Assembly: GCF_001598795.1 (NCBI RefSeq)
Contig: NZ_BCZP01000007.1
Span: 150,001 to 182,000 of the forward strand
DNA length: 32,000 nucleotides
Direction: 5' to 3'
Origin: Delftia acidovorans NBRC 14950
GTDB lineage: Bacteria; Pseudomonadota; Gammaproteobacteria; Burkholderiales; Burkholderiaceae_C
Under the pieces are notes generated by a model. The model was not told the DNA's origin. It ran no database searches and saw only the letters and a program-made list of their open reading frames with translations. Below are positions 7,938 to 16,677 of this stretch, one piece after another. The position numbers were made by a program, and so were the translations under genes. How positions within the stretch are numbered: the stretch's first letter is position 1; every line of letters starts with the position of its first letter.

Positions 7938-9686
7938 AGATTCTTGACCATTGCTTACGCATAATTTCAGACTGAATGATTGCGTCGTCTGATGGAAGCT
8001 GACCGAACGTATGATGCCCGCCGTCACCCCATATAGCGCTACGCTGCTGCCCCATCTGTTGAAGGTCAGCACAGCGAACCCTATGGCATAACCAGCAATC
8101 TTGGTCCCGCAGTCACGCCAGCGGTCGCACTCTCCATTGGGGTCGGTATACCGATACGGGTTGTACCTGCCGTACTGGTACGCACCCCAGGTGATCGGAA
8201 GCCTCGCCTCTCCCTCCACCGGGTCACGGCTGATGAACTGGCCGCTGGCCGGGTCGTAGTAGCGTGCCCTGGCGTACAGCAGGCCCGTTTCCGGGTCTGC
8301 GTAGTAGCTTCCGAAGCTGTGGCCGTTGCTCTTGAGGCCTACGCCCGCGTTGCCGCTGGCTTTGCTGTCCACGCTGCCGTAGGCGCCGTACAGCAGCAGG
8401 CTTTCGGCCTTGGCCGTGCCGCCTTCGCTGGCAACGGTGGCCACCAGGTTGCCGTTGCTGTCCGCATGCAGTTGCGTGGTGCTGCTGGTGCTGCCCAGGC
8501 CGTTGGCGTATTGCGTGCGGTTGAACAGCCAGGGGGCGGTGTTGCCAGCCAGCACGGCTGCGTCGGTGTCGCTGTGCAGGGTCTGGGTGTTGTCTGTCCC
8601 GCGAATCTCGAAGCTGCGGCGGGCATGCAGGCCGTCCCACTGGATGCGCTCATAGGCAAGCGGGCTGTAGGTGGCCGCACTGCCTTGCGTGGCCTTGTTC
8701 AGGCCCGCGTTGCTGAGGAATTTTTCTGCGCGCAGGTTGCCTGCGTTGTAGCGGTACTGGGCCAGGGTCTGCGCACCGCTGCCTTGGTCCTGGTCCACGC
8801 GGATGAGCTGGTCCTGGGCGTTCCAGTGGTAGCTGGTGGTGGAGGTGACGGCACCCTTGGTCTGCGCCTGCGTGAGGCGGTTGCCGTTGGCGTCGTAGGT
8901 GTAGCTGGTGCTGGCCGCGCCGCTGACCTGCACGAGCTGGTCACGGCCGTTGTAGCGGTAGTCCAGCGTGCCTTCAGGTGCGGAGGCACCGGTTTCCAGG
9001 CCGTTGGTGCTGCCGACAGGCGGACCCGTGGCACCGACGGTGGCGACCACGTTCTGCTGAATGCGCCGGCCTCCCGCATCCAGTTGCCAGGTGGTGCGGC
9101 GCTCGGGCGTGGTGTGGCTGGTCAGGCGGTCCTGGGCGTCGTAGGTCCAGCTTTCCACGCGGGTGCGGTTGTGGCTGGCGCTGTTGCTGCCTCCGGGCAG
9201 ATGGGCGCTTAGGGCCGCGCTGCGATTGGCGGCAGACAGGGATTCCGTTCTGCTGCTGCCGACGCGGTTGCCGTTGACGTCGTAGGTGTAGGCGGTGTCC
9301 AGGATGGTGTTGCCTGCGCCTGCCGTGGCCTGGGTGCTGCTGGTTTCGCCAGCCACGCGACCGGCCTTGTCGTAGCGGGTGCTGGTGCTGCTGCCATCGG
9401 GGTGCAGCAACTGGGTGACACGGCTGGATTTGTCGTAGCTGATGCGGGTGGTGCCGCCTGCCCCGCTCTGGCTGGTGCGGCGGTTCAGGGCGTCGTACTC
9501 GATGGTGGTGACGCTGCCGCCCGGGGCGGATGCCGTGGCGGCCGTGGTGCCGATGCGGTTGCCCTGGGGGTCGTAGCTGTGCGTGAGGCTGTTGCCCCAG
9601 GCGTCGGTGGCCTTGACGGGCCGGTTGAAGGCGTCGTAAGTGGTGGTTTCGGTACGCGTGCCCTGGCTGTCTGCCTGTGCCTGTGC
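7518..9686 (-). CDS. 5'-truncated Rhs/YD-repeat protein fragment (cassette 1) with a 203-aa C-terminal tip (CT1)
   Basis: YD repeats (TTYDAFNRPVKATDAWGNSLTHSYDPQGNRIG, TIEYDALNRRT, ISYDKSSRVTQLLHPDGSSTSTRYDKAGRV, AYTYDVNGNRV, WTYDAQDRL, SYTYDANGNRLTQ). Core end ...YNPYRYTDPNGE at 8130. Only about 520 aa of core are present, which from memory is far shorter than full-length Rhs proteins. The ORF-track extension from 9687 to 10544 is antisense to a porin fragment. Confidence 0.8.
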   Translation of the reverse strand, partial: AQAQADSQGTRTETTTYDAFNRPVKATDAWGNSLTHSYDPQGNRIGTTAATASAPGGSVTTIEYDALNRRTSQSGAGGTTRISYDKSSRVTQLLHPDGSSTSTRYDKAGRVAGETSSTQATAGAGNTILDTAYTYDVNGNRVGSSRTESLSAANRSAALSAHLPGGSNSASHNRTRVESWTYDAQDRLTSHTTPERRTTWQLDAGGRRIQQNVVATVGATGPPVGSTNGLETGASAPEGTLDYRYNGRDQLVQVSGAASTSYTYDANGNRLTQAQTKGAVTSTTSYHWNAQDQLIRVDQDQGSGAQTLAQYRYNAGNLRAEKFLSNAGLNKATQGSAATYSPLAYERIQWDGLHARRSFEIRGTDNTQTLHSDTDAAVLAGNTAPWLFNRTQYANGLGSTSSTTQLHADSNGNLVATVASEGGTAKAESLLLYGAYGSVDSKASGNAGVGLKSNGHSFGSYYADPETGLLYARARYYDPASGQFISRDPVEGEARLPITWGAYQYGRYNPYRYTDPNGECDRWRDCGTKIAGYAIGFAVLTFNRWGSSVALYGVTAGIIRSVSFHQTTQSFSLKLCVSNGQESMGEIRVKKDNLTSEFDKASQLFFEGFLRIYPKETWPSWFRTSTNYGGCKKSEGVWEFCFTGIPSSVLGAGDSWEERNGGYILVKTDPDTGAKRYIISNASNEVFVIFKAVVDINSENFSVVFSTDIYEIDGRDLLPLRK
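8130..8757 (-). repeat. rhs core direct repeat, copy A
   Basis: See copy B. It encodes YRYNAGNLRAEKFLSNAGLNKATQG...RYNPYRY(T/V)DPNGE in both copies. Confidence 0.9.
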
Positions 9687-10403
9687 CTGGGCGGCAGCTG
9701 GGGCCAGCTCACGGCCGGGCGCCACTACACCACGCTGCACACCTCGCTGGCCAGCTATGCGCTCACCGGCCTGATCTGGGGCAACGCGGCCAACTATTTC
9801 CGCGACGGCACGGTGCTGCGCGCCAGCAATTCGCTGCGCTACCAGTCGCCGAACATGGGCGGCTTCACGGTGCGCGGCATGTATTCGTTCGGCGAGGCGG
9901 CGGGCTCCAGCGTGGCCAGCCTGTACGGCGGCTCCGTGGACTATGCGGCCGGGCCCTGGGCACTGGGTGCATCGTGGATGCAGCGGCGCACCACGGCCGT
10001 GAATACCGACCGCTATGCGCTGCTGGGCGCGGCCTATGACTTCGGCGTGGCGCGCGCCGCGCTGCTGCTGTCCACGCGGCGCGACGACCTGCCTGCCGCC
10101 ACCAGCGGCCAGGGCCGTTTCTACGAGGCCAGCGTGACCGTGCCCATGGGCATGGCGGGGCAGTGGCTGCTGTCCTATGGTGCCTACCATGGACAGGCTC
10201 GCGCCCAGAGCGATGCGCGTGCGCTGAGCGTGCGCTACGACCACTCGCTGTCCAAGCGCACCAAGCTCTATGCGGGCGTGGGCCGCATCCACAACGAGGC
10301 GGGTGCCGCCTTCACCATCAACACCGCCAGCAATGCGGGGCCGGTGGTCCAGGCAGGCAGCCGGCCCAGCTCGGTGGTGCTGGGCATATCGCACGCGTTC
10401 TGA
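9687..10403 (+). pseudogene. Gram-negative porin, 5'-truncated (about 238 C-terminal codons retained)
   Basis: LGGSWGQLTAGR aligns with LGGNWGSLTMGR of the intact porin at 29885..31033. The C-terminus ...SKRTKLYAGVGRIHNE...VVLGISHAF* parallels ...SKRTAVYTQLGHIRND...INVGIRHMF*. There is no signal peptide, no N-terminal strands and no start codon. Confidence 0.8.
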
Positions 10404-10411
10404 TTGCCGGG

Positions 10412-10434
10412 GGCAGGCGCGGCCAGCGCCTGCC
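10412..10434 (+). terminator. Hairpin just after the porin stop
   Basis: Perfect 9-bp stem GGCAGGCGC/GCGCCTGCC with a 5-nt loop, 9 nt after the TGA. No following T-tract, so its function is uncertain. Confidence 0.35.
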
Positions 10435-10631
10435 ATGCCGACAGGACGGCCCGGCTGGAGTCTGGCTGTTGTAACAACCCCATGAAATCCAGGGAATATT
10501 CGCCTATTTGAATGGATTTTTCCAATCAGAAAAAGTCTGTCCAATCAGCGAATTAGGCGATTTGCAAGAGAGAAAGTTTCGCAAAAAGACAAGTGCCTGC
10601 GTGATCCGGCAAGAAAAATAAAATCCAAATG

Positions 10632-10645
10632 TAAACAATTGTTTA
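10632..10645. promoter_or_regulatory. Perfect 14-bp palindrome TAAACAATTGTTTA in the AT-rich region upstream of the AraC gene
   Basis: Read directly from the sequence. It lies about 65-80 nt upstream of the candidate AraC starts. The binding protein is unknown. Confidence 0.3.
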
Positions 10646-10712
10646 TCTGGCCTGTAAGATTCTTCCAGTCAATCAGTGTTTCCCCAGGAGGGTGTTGTGA
10701 AGCACCTTGCCG

Positions 10713-12197
10713 ATGCATTCATCGGGAAAATGCATCTCACCCGCCTGGCCATTGATTTTTTCATATAAGAATTCTTACTCATTCAATCTTTTGACGCACC
10801 ACATCCACGGCCACCAAGATGAGAGCGCATCCAGATTATGGAGAATAATATCCGCCCATCACCAGCAAGCCGATACTGGATATAACAAAATCAGTCGAGC
10901 CGAGGAATTGCTACAGGCCTGCAAATGGCCAGAGCCTTCCATATATCCCTTGCTGGTGCTCAGATATGTGCAGGAAGCACAGGCCATTTTCGAGCTGCAC
11001 CGCATGCCCGACCGCGTGGTTTCATGCCGCATTGCAGCCGCCTTCATCCATTGCCAGCTGGGTGAAGAGCGCAATGCGATTGCACTGGCCACTGCGGCAA
11101 TGGCCAATCCCGCGCTGCTGCAGCCGGAATCCATGGCCTGCGCCACCTATGTGAGGGCGCTGGCGCACAGCCGGCTGGGCGAGCTCGATACCGCCTTGCA
11201 ATTGATCGAAGGCAAGGACCATGATTTCGCATTGATGGCGCCGGGCATCACGCCCTGGCTGTCCGCCCTGATCAATTGGGCCAGAGCGCAGATTCTGTGG
11301 AAGATCTATCTCTACAAAAATCACCAGAATCTGTGGTGCGGGCCGCCCCCGGATTCAGGCCTGGTCCAGCTCGGTGCCGCGGCACCCGACAGCGCCGACC
11401 TGCAGGCGCTGCTGGAGCGGGTCGGCCGCCAGCTGCCAACGGGCCTGGCCTGGCCCTACAGCGATTTGCTGCAGCTCTCGGTCAAAGGGCTGGATGCGGG
11501 CCGCCGCGAAGCCGCTGGCGTGATCCGTGCCATTGAACGCATCGGCGTCCGCCACCAGATCAAGAACCCGCCGATTGCCGGCTGGGCCTGGCTGAGCAGC
11601 GCACTGGTGCACTGCAGCAAGCGCCAATATGCCCAGGCCCTGCAGGCGGTGATGCTGGCAAAGTCCACGGCCCAGACCTACCAGCTCGAAGGCCTGTGCC
11701 GCAATGCCCTGGTCTACGAGTACCACATACAGGAAACGCAGGGCGATTTTGCAGGCGCGCTGTCCACGCTGAAGGCGCTGAACATCATGCGGCTCAAGAG
11801 CATGGCCATCAGCCCCTATCTGGAGAAATCCAGATTCACGGCCATGGACGAGGCACGGCTGCACGATCTGGAACCCGCCTATGTCAAGCGCGCCCTCCAA
11901 TACATACAAGAAAACCTGGACAAGAAACTACCGATCCAGACCATTGCCGACCATTGCCGCGTCAGCCGGCGCACTTTGGAGGTTTCCTTTCGCAACAGCC
12001 GGTCGTGCAGTATCGGTGAATATATAAGGCAAAGCCGTATCCATCTTGCGGCCGAATCGCTGCTGACCACCGACCAGAGCATAGGACAGATTTCCTCGCA
12101 GCTTGGTTATTCCTCGCTCTCATCATTTTCCAGAGATTTCTCCGGACATTATGGAATACCGCCGTCTGTCTGGGTGCGCCATCATCGATTGGCGTGA
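10713..12197 (+). CDS. AraC/XylS-family transcriptional regulator with a large helical (TPR-like) N-terminal domain
   Basis: The C-terminus has a double helix-turn-helix (HTH): IQTIADHCRVSRRTLEVSFRN...IGEYIRQSRIHLAAESLLTTDQSIGQISSQLGYSSLSSFSRDFSGHYGIPPSVW. The start is uncertain (TTG 10707, ATG 10713, or further downstream). The first roughly 60 codons are AT-rich. Confidence 0.8.
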   Translation: MHSSGKCISPAWPLIFSYKNSYSFNLLTHHIHGHQDESASRLWRIISAHHQQADTGYNKISRAEELLQACKWPEPSIYPLLVLRYVQEAQAIFELHRMPDRVVSCRIAAAFIHCQLGEERNAIALATAAMANPALLQPESMACATYVRALAHSRLGELDTALQLIEGKDHDFALMAPGITPWLSALINWARAQILWKIYLYKNHQNLWCGPPPDSGLVQLGAAAPDSADLQALLERVGRQLPTGLAWPYSDLLQLSVKGLDAGRREAAGVIRAIERIGVRHQIKNPPIAGWAWLSSALVHCSKRQYAQALQAVMLAKSTAQTYQLEGLCRNALVYEYHIQETQGDFAGALSTLKALNIMRLKSMAISPYLEKSRFTAMDEARLHDLEPAYVKRALQYIQENLDKKLPIQTIADHCRVSRRTLEVSFRNSRSCSIGEYIRQSRIHLAAESLLTTDQSIGQISSQLGYSSLSSFSRDFSGHYGIPPSVWVRHHRLA

Positions 12198-12266
12198 TCC
12201 GGATTTTTATGCAATGCGGCCCGATTGCGTGGCACGCAGCCATATTGAATACTGAAAGGAATACGC

Positions 12267-14057
12267 ATGAAATACCTGAAAAACATGAAGACGGGCTCCA
12301 TGTTGGGTCTGGGTTTTTCGATTCTGATTGCCATCGCGCTGTCGATTGCGCTGTATGGCCGCGCCCAGCTGGTACAGGCCTCCGATGATGTGGCCTACCT
12401 GGCCGACAAGCGGATCACCAGCCTGCTCCGGCTGGTGGAGATCAAGGGCTCGGTGGAGTTCATCTTTCGCGGCGTGCGCAGCATGGCGTTGATGGAGGAC
12501 GCCGGGGAAAAGAAGCTGGCCAAGGCCGCACTGGATGCACAGCGCCAGAAGATCGGACAGCTGATGGAGAAATTCCGCGAAGGCCTGAGCACACCGCAGG
12601 GCGTTGCCCTGTACGACAACATGAAGAACGCGCGCATTGCCTATCTGCCGCTGCTCGACCAATTCATGGAGGCGGCCACGCGCCACGACCTGCAGGCCGT
12701 CTCGGCCATGCTTGGCGAAAGCGGGGAGTTCCGCAAACGCCAGGACGCGTTCTTCAACTCCATCAATGACATCCTGGCCCACCAGCAGGTGCGCGCCACG
12801 GAAACGGCGCAGGCCTCCGAGGACAAATCCCTGGCTGCCGGGCGGCTGATGCTGTCCCTGGCGCTGGCCGCACTGGCCATAGGCGCGCTGGTGGGCTGGG
12901 CCATCACGCGGCGCATCACGGGCCTGCTGGGCGGGGAGCCCGCCTACGCGGCGCAGATCACGCAGGAAGTCGCCAGGGGCAACCTGGCGGTGGCCGTGGC
13001 GCTGCGGCCCGGTGACACCACCAGCCTGCTGGCTGCGCTGAACTCCATGCGCGCCAGCCTGGCAGACATCGTCAGCCAAGTGCGCCACAGCAGCGAATCG
13101 ATTGCCACGGGCGCCAGCCAGATCGCCTCGGGCAACGCCGACCTGAGCGCGCGCACGGAGGAGCAGGCCGCCAACCTGGAGGAAACGGCCGCCTCCATGG
13201 AGCAGATGACCGCCACCATCCAGCAGAATGTGGACACGGTGCGCAGTGCCTCGGGCCTGGCCCAGTCGGCCAGCGCCACGGCCGTGCACGGCGGCGAGGT
13301 GGTGCATGGCGTGGTCAGCACCATGGAGGACATCACGCACAGCTCGCGCAAGATCGAGGAAATCATCGGCGTGATCGACGCCATTGCGTTCCAGACCAAC
13401 ATCCTCGCGCTCAACGCCGCCGTGGAGGCCGCGCGTGCCGGGGAACAGGGCAAGGGCTTTGCAGTGGTCGCCTCGGAGGTGCGCTCGCTGGCCCAGCGCT
13501 GCGCCAACGCGGCCAAGGAGATCAAGGGCCTGATCAGCGAGAGCGTGGGCAAGGTCGCCGCCGGCTCCCGCCAGGTGGCCGAGGCCGGCAGCACCATGAA
13601 CGACATCGTCACCCAGACGCACCGCGTGGCCGAACTGATCTCCGACATCGGTGCCGCCACGCAGGAGCAGTCCCAGGGCGTGACCCAGGTCAGCGACGCC
13701 GTGCAGCAGCTCGACCAGGTGACGCAGCAAAACGCCTCCCTGGTGGAAGAGTCTGCCGCCGCTGCCGACAGCCTGAACAAGCAGGCGGCGCAGCTGGTGC
13801 AACTGGTCAGCGTGTTCCGCCTGGATGAAAGCGAGGCCCGGGCACAGGCCGTGTCCGCGCCGGTGGCAGCGGCCGTGTCGGCGCGCGCACAGACCGCCAG
13901 GCCGTCTCCCGCGCTGGCCCCAGCCGTGCCCCGTACCAAGCCCCTGCGTGCGGCAGCGGCGGCGGCCTCCAGTGCACCTATGGCGCTGCCTGCCAGGACC
14001 ACAGCACCCCGCCGCGCCACGGCGGCCGAGATGGCGGAGGAGTGGGAGCAGTTCTAG
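12267..14057 (+). CDS. Methyl-accepting chemotaxis protein
   Basis: Domain order is TM, periplasmic helical sensor, TM, HAMP, then the conserved signalling hairpin ([42 protein letters not shown]). An Ala/Pro-rich tail ends in EWEQF. Ribosome-binding site (RBS) aaaggaa lies upstream of the ATG. Confidence 0.95.
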   Translation: MKYLKNMKTGSMLGLGFSILIAIALSIALYGRAQLVQASDDVAYLADKRITSLLRLVEIKGSVEFIFRGVRSMALMEDAGEKKLAKAALDAQRQKIGQLMEKFREGLSTPQGVALYDNMKNARIAYLPLLDQFMEAATRHDLQAVSAMLGESGEFRKRQDAFFNSINDILAHQQVRATETAQASEDKSLAAGRLMLSLALAALAIGALVGWAITRRITGLLGGEPAYAAQITQEVARGNLAVAVALRPGDTTSLLAALNSMRASLADIVSQVRHSSESIATGASQIASGNADLSARTEEQAANLEETAASMEQMTATIQQNVDTVRSASGLAQSASATAVHGGEVVHGVVSTMEDITHSSRKIEEIIGVIDAIAFQTNILALNAAVEAARAGEQGKGFAVVASEVRSLAQRCANAAKEIKGLISESVGKVAAGSRQVAEAGSTMNDIVTQTHRVAELISDIGAATQEQSQGVTQVSDAVQQLDQVTQQNASLVEESAAAADSLNKQAAQLVQLVSVFRLDESEARAQAVSAPVAAAVSARAQTARPSPALAPAVPRTKPLRAAAAAASSAPMALPARTTAPRRATAAEMAEEWEQF

Positions 14058-14064
14058 AACAGGC

Positions 14065-14862
14065 TCAGCGCATCACCAGGCCGCCATCGACGAACAGTAC
14101 CTGTCCCGTCATGAAGCCGCTCAGTTCCGAGGCCAGGAACAGCACCGGCCCCGCCACGTCTTCGGGGCTTGCCAGGCGGCGCAGCGGCGTGGCGGCCATC
14201 AGCGATTCTCGGAAGGACTCGCGCGTGTCCTGCGTGCCCTGCGTGGGATAGACCAGGCCCGGCGCGACGCAGTTGACACGTATGCCCACGGGCCCCAGCT
14301 CGCTGGCCAGGTTGCGGCTGAAGGCCACCAGCGAGGCCTTGGCCGTGGTGTAGTCGTGGTAGGGCACGACGGGGTGCTCCACCAGGTTGCTGGCGATGTT
14401 GACGATGCTGCCCCGCGCGCGCTGGCGCATCTGCGGCAGCACGGCGCGGCAGACGTTGAAGGCCGCGCCCACGGCACCGTCGTACTGGGCCTGGTAGTCG
14501 CTCCATTGCAGGTCGTCGAAGCGGCGGCGGCGCTCGGGGTCGAAGGCGTAGGGTTTGAAGGCGTTGTTGACCACGATGTCGATGGCGCCCGCCTCACGCG
14601 CAATGGCCTCGGTCATGGCCTGGACGGCGGGCTGCGAGCCCACATCGGCCTTGATGGCCCAGGCATCGCCTCCGGCCTGCTTGCCCGCAGCCTGGCAGGC
14701 CGCCACGGTCTGCGCGGCGGCAGCATCGTTGGACAGGTGGTTGACCGCCACGAGGGCGCCCTCGCGCGCAAAGGCGGTGGCAATGGCCGCGCCTATGCCG
14801 CGGCCGGCGCCGGTGACCAGCACCACCTTGCCTTGCAGTCCCAGGGAAGACGGCTGTGCCAT
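14065..14862 (-). CDS. Short-chain dehydrogenase/reductase (FabG-like)
   Basis: VLVTGAGRGIGAAIA (TGxxxGxG), NNAF, and YTTAK (YxxxK). ATG 14862 lies 1 nt after the TGA of the upstream binding-protein gene. The ORF-track N-terminal extension is rejected. Confidence 0.9.
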   Translation of the reverse strand: MAQPSSLGLQGKVVLVTGAGRGIGAAIATAFAREGALVAVNHLSNDAAAAQTVAACQAAGKQAGGDAWAIKADVGSQPAVQAMTEAIAREAGAIDIVVNNAFKPYAFDPERRRRFDDLQWSDYQAQYDGAVGAAFNVCRAVLPQMRQRARGSIVNIASNLVEHPVVPYHDYTTAKASLVAFSRNLASELGPVGIRVNCVAPGLVYPTQGTQDTRESFRESLMAATPLRRLASPEDVAGPVLFLASELSGFMTGQVLFVDGGLVMR

Positions 14863-14863
14863 C

Positions 14864-15877
14864 TCATGCCCCGGGCAGCAGGCTGGTGTCCACCACGTCG
14901 GACACCTTGATCTGCCTTTGCACCATGCCCAGCGCGCGGTAGGCGTCGGCGCCCTTTTGCAGGGCGGCCAGGTCGAAGCTGCCCAGCGGCTTGCCGGCCT
15001 GCAGCGGCTGCGAAGACGCATTGCGCAGGCGGATCACGTCCAGGTTGATATCGCGCTGCGTGCCGTCGATGGCGTGCTTGCCGGCCAGCGTGGCGGCCTC
15101 CTCAGGGTTGGCCATCATCCAGGCGGCGCTGTCGCGGTAGCCCTTGAGGAAGGCGCGCAGCAGGTCCTTCTTGTCACGCAGCGTGTCCTCGCGCACCACG
15201 AACATGTCGCTGGAGATGTTCAGGTGGTCGCGCACCTGCATCACATCGACCTCGCCAATGCCTTTGCGCAGGCCCACGGCCAGGCCGGTGTCGGTGGCGG
15301 CCGTGGCATCGACCTGGCCCTGCATCAGCGGCGCGAAGTTGAGCAGGCCGGTGACGACGATGGTCACGTCCGATTCCTTGAGGCCGGCCTGGTGCAGCAT
15401 CACCAGCAGGTTCTGGCGCGTGCCGCTGGACAGGCTGTAGACGCCGATCTTCTTGCCCTTGAGGTCCGCCGGCTTGCGGATGCCCGCCGACTTGAGCGAG
15501 ACCACGTTGAACACGTTCTGCGGGTAGATGTCGTAGATGGCGACCAGCTTCTCGCCCTTGTCCAGCGCCATGAAGAAGGAGCCGGGGTCGGTGAAGGCCA
15601 CATCGGCCTGGCCGCTGAGCATGTTGCGGATGGCGTCGCCGCCGCCTGCGCCGGGCAGGTAGGCCAGCTCCACGCCCTGGGCCTTGAAGAAGCCCTTGTC
15701 GGGCTCGGCCAGGATGTTGGTGATCTCGCTGATGGGCTTGCTCCATCCGGCCAGGCGGATCTTGCCCTGGGCGGGCGCGGCGGCTGCCGAGGTGCCGGCC
15801 AGAGCCAAGCCTGCCAAGCCAGCGGTGGCGCCCAGCAGGCTGCGGCGGGTGAGGAAGGGGGATTGCGGAGTGTGCAT
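14864..15877 (-). CDS. ABC transporter periplasmic substrate-binding protein (NMT1/THI5-SsuA-like, NitT/TauT family) with a Tat signal
   Basis: MHTPQSPFLTRRSLLGATAGLAGLALAGTSAAAAPAQG (twin-arginine motif), followed by a type-2 binding-protein body. It sits next to the matching permease and ATPase genes. Confidence 0.8.
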   Translation of the reverse strand: MHTPQSPFLTRRSLLGATAGLAGLALAGTSAAAAPAQGKIRLAGWSKPISEITNILAEPDKGFFKAQGVELAYLPGAGGGDAIRNMLSGQADVAFTDPGSFFMALDKGEKLVAIYDIYPQNVFNVVSLKSAGIRKPADLKGKKIGVYSLSSGTRQNLLVMLHQAGLKESDVTIVVTGLLNFAPLMQGQVDATAATDTGLAVGLRKGIGEVDVMQVRDHLNISSDMFVVREDTLRDKKDLLRAFLKGYRDSAAWMMANPEEAATLAGKHAIDGTQRDINLDVIRLRNASSQPLQAGKPLGSFDLAALQKGADAYRALGMVQRQIKVSDVVDTSLLPGA

Positions 15878-15915
15878 GGCGCTTGGGGAAAAGGTTTCGG
15901 AAGTGTTCAGGGTGG

Positions 15916-16677
15916 TCAGGCGGCGCGCGAGCGCAGCAGCCGGCGCTCCAGCACCAGGCAGGCCTGGTACAGCAGCAGGCCCATGGCGGCGATCAGCACC
16001 AGGGCCGCAAACATGAGGGTGGTGTCCATCATTCCCTGGGCGGCAATGACCACGGCGCCCAGGCCGCGGCTGGCGCCCATGAATTCGGCCACCACGGCGC
16101 CGACCAGGGCCAGCACCACGGCCACGCGCAGGCCCGCAAGAATGGCGGGCAGACCCGTGGGCAGCTTCAGGCGCAGCAGCGTCTGCAGCCGCGTGGCGCC
16201 CAGCATGCGAAACAGCTGCAGCCGCTGGGCATCGACCTGGCGCAGGCCGGTCAAGGTGTTTTCCATCAGCGGGAAAAAGCAGATCAGCGCCGTGATCAGC
16301 ACCGTGGGCAGCATGCCGAAGCCGAACCACAGCACGAACAGCGGCGCCAGCGCCAGCTTGGGCACGACCTGGCTGACCACCACATAGGGCTTGAGCACAC
16401 GCTCGAGCAGCTCGGATTCAGCCAGGGCCATGCCCGCCAGCAGGCCGATCGCGCTGCCGGCCGCCAGCCCCAGCAGCAGGGCCTGGAGCGTCGCCCGGAT
16501 GTGCGGCCAGAAATAGCCCGTGGCCAGCCCCGTCCACAGCGATGCCGCAATGGCCGAGGGCGCCGGCAGCACCAGGGCGGACAGGCCCCATTGCCGCACC
16601 AGCAGCTCCCACAGGCCCAGCAGGACCAGCGCCAGCGCGGCGGCCAGCAGGCGGGCATGGAACAAGGACACCGTCAT
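15916..16677 (-). CDS. ABC transporter permease (NitT/TauT family)
   Basis: Hydrophobic 253-aa protein with a conserved loop (...LGATRLQTLLRLKLPTGLPAILAGLRVA...). Its ATG (16677-16675) overlaps the ATPase TGA (16676-16674) as ATGA. Confidence 0.9.
   Translation of the reverse strand: MTVSLFHARLLAAALALVLLGLWELLVRQWGLSALVLPAPSAIAASLWTGLATGYFWPHIRATLQALLLGLAAGSAIGLLAGMALAESELLERVLKPYVVVSQVVPKLALAPLFVLWFGFGMLPTVLITALICFFPLMENTLTGLRQVDAQRLQLFRMLGATRLQTLLRLKLPTGLPAILAGLRVAVVLALVGAVVAEFMGASRGLGAVVIAAQGMMDTTLMFAALVLIAAMGLLLYQACLVLERRLLRSRAA

Noticed and set aside
4489-8757. A CRISPR-like or IS-like repeat structure, suggested by the three direct repeats.
   Set aside because: The repeats are 430-630 bp coding segments of the rhs core, not short spaced repeats. 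No cas, transposase or integrase ORFs and no terminal inverted repeats were seen at the AT-rich borders.
4489-9686. A functional T6SS-delivered Rhs effector locus.
   Set aside because: No VgrG, PAAR, Hcp, chaperone (DUF1795/EagR) or Rhs N-terminal region is encoded in the 32 kb. All three rhs pieces lack native starts.
9687-10544. The N-terminal 286 aa of the 1008-aa ORF 7518..10544, which would make the Rhs fragment look like a complete protein.
   Set aside because: This stretch is the antisense strand of a clearly recognisable porin C-terminus and its downstream spacer. The peptide is Arg/Ala/Gly/His-rich shadow-frame sequence with no YD repeats or Rhs N-terminal features. The frame staying open is best explained by high GC. 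Expression of the chimera from the AT-rich region near 10550 cannot be excluded without data.
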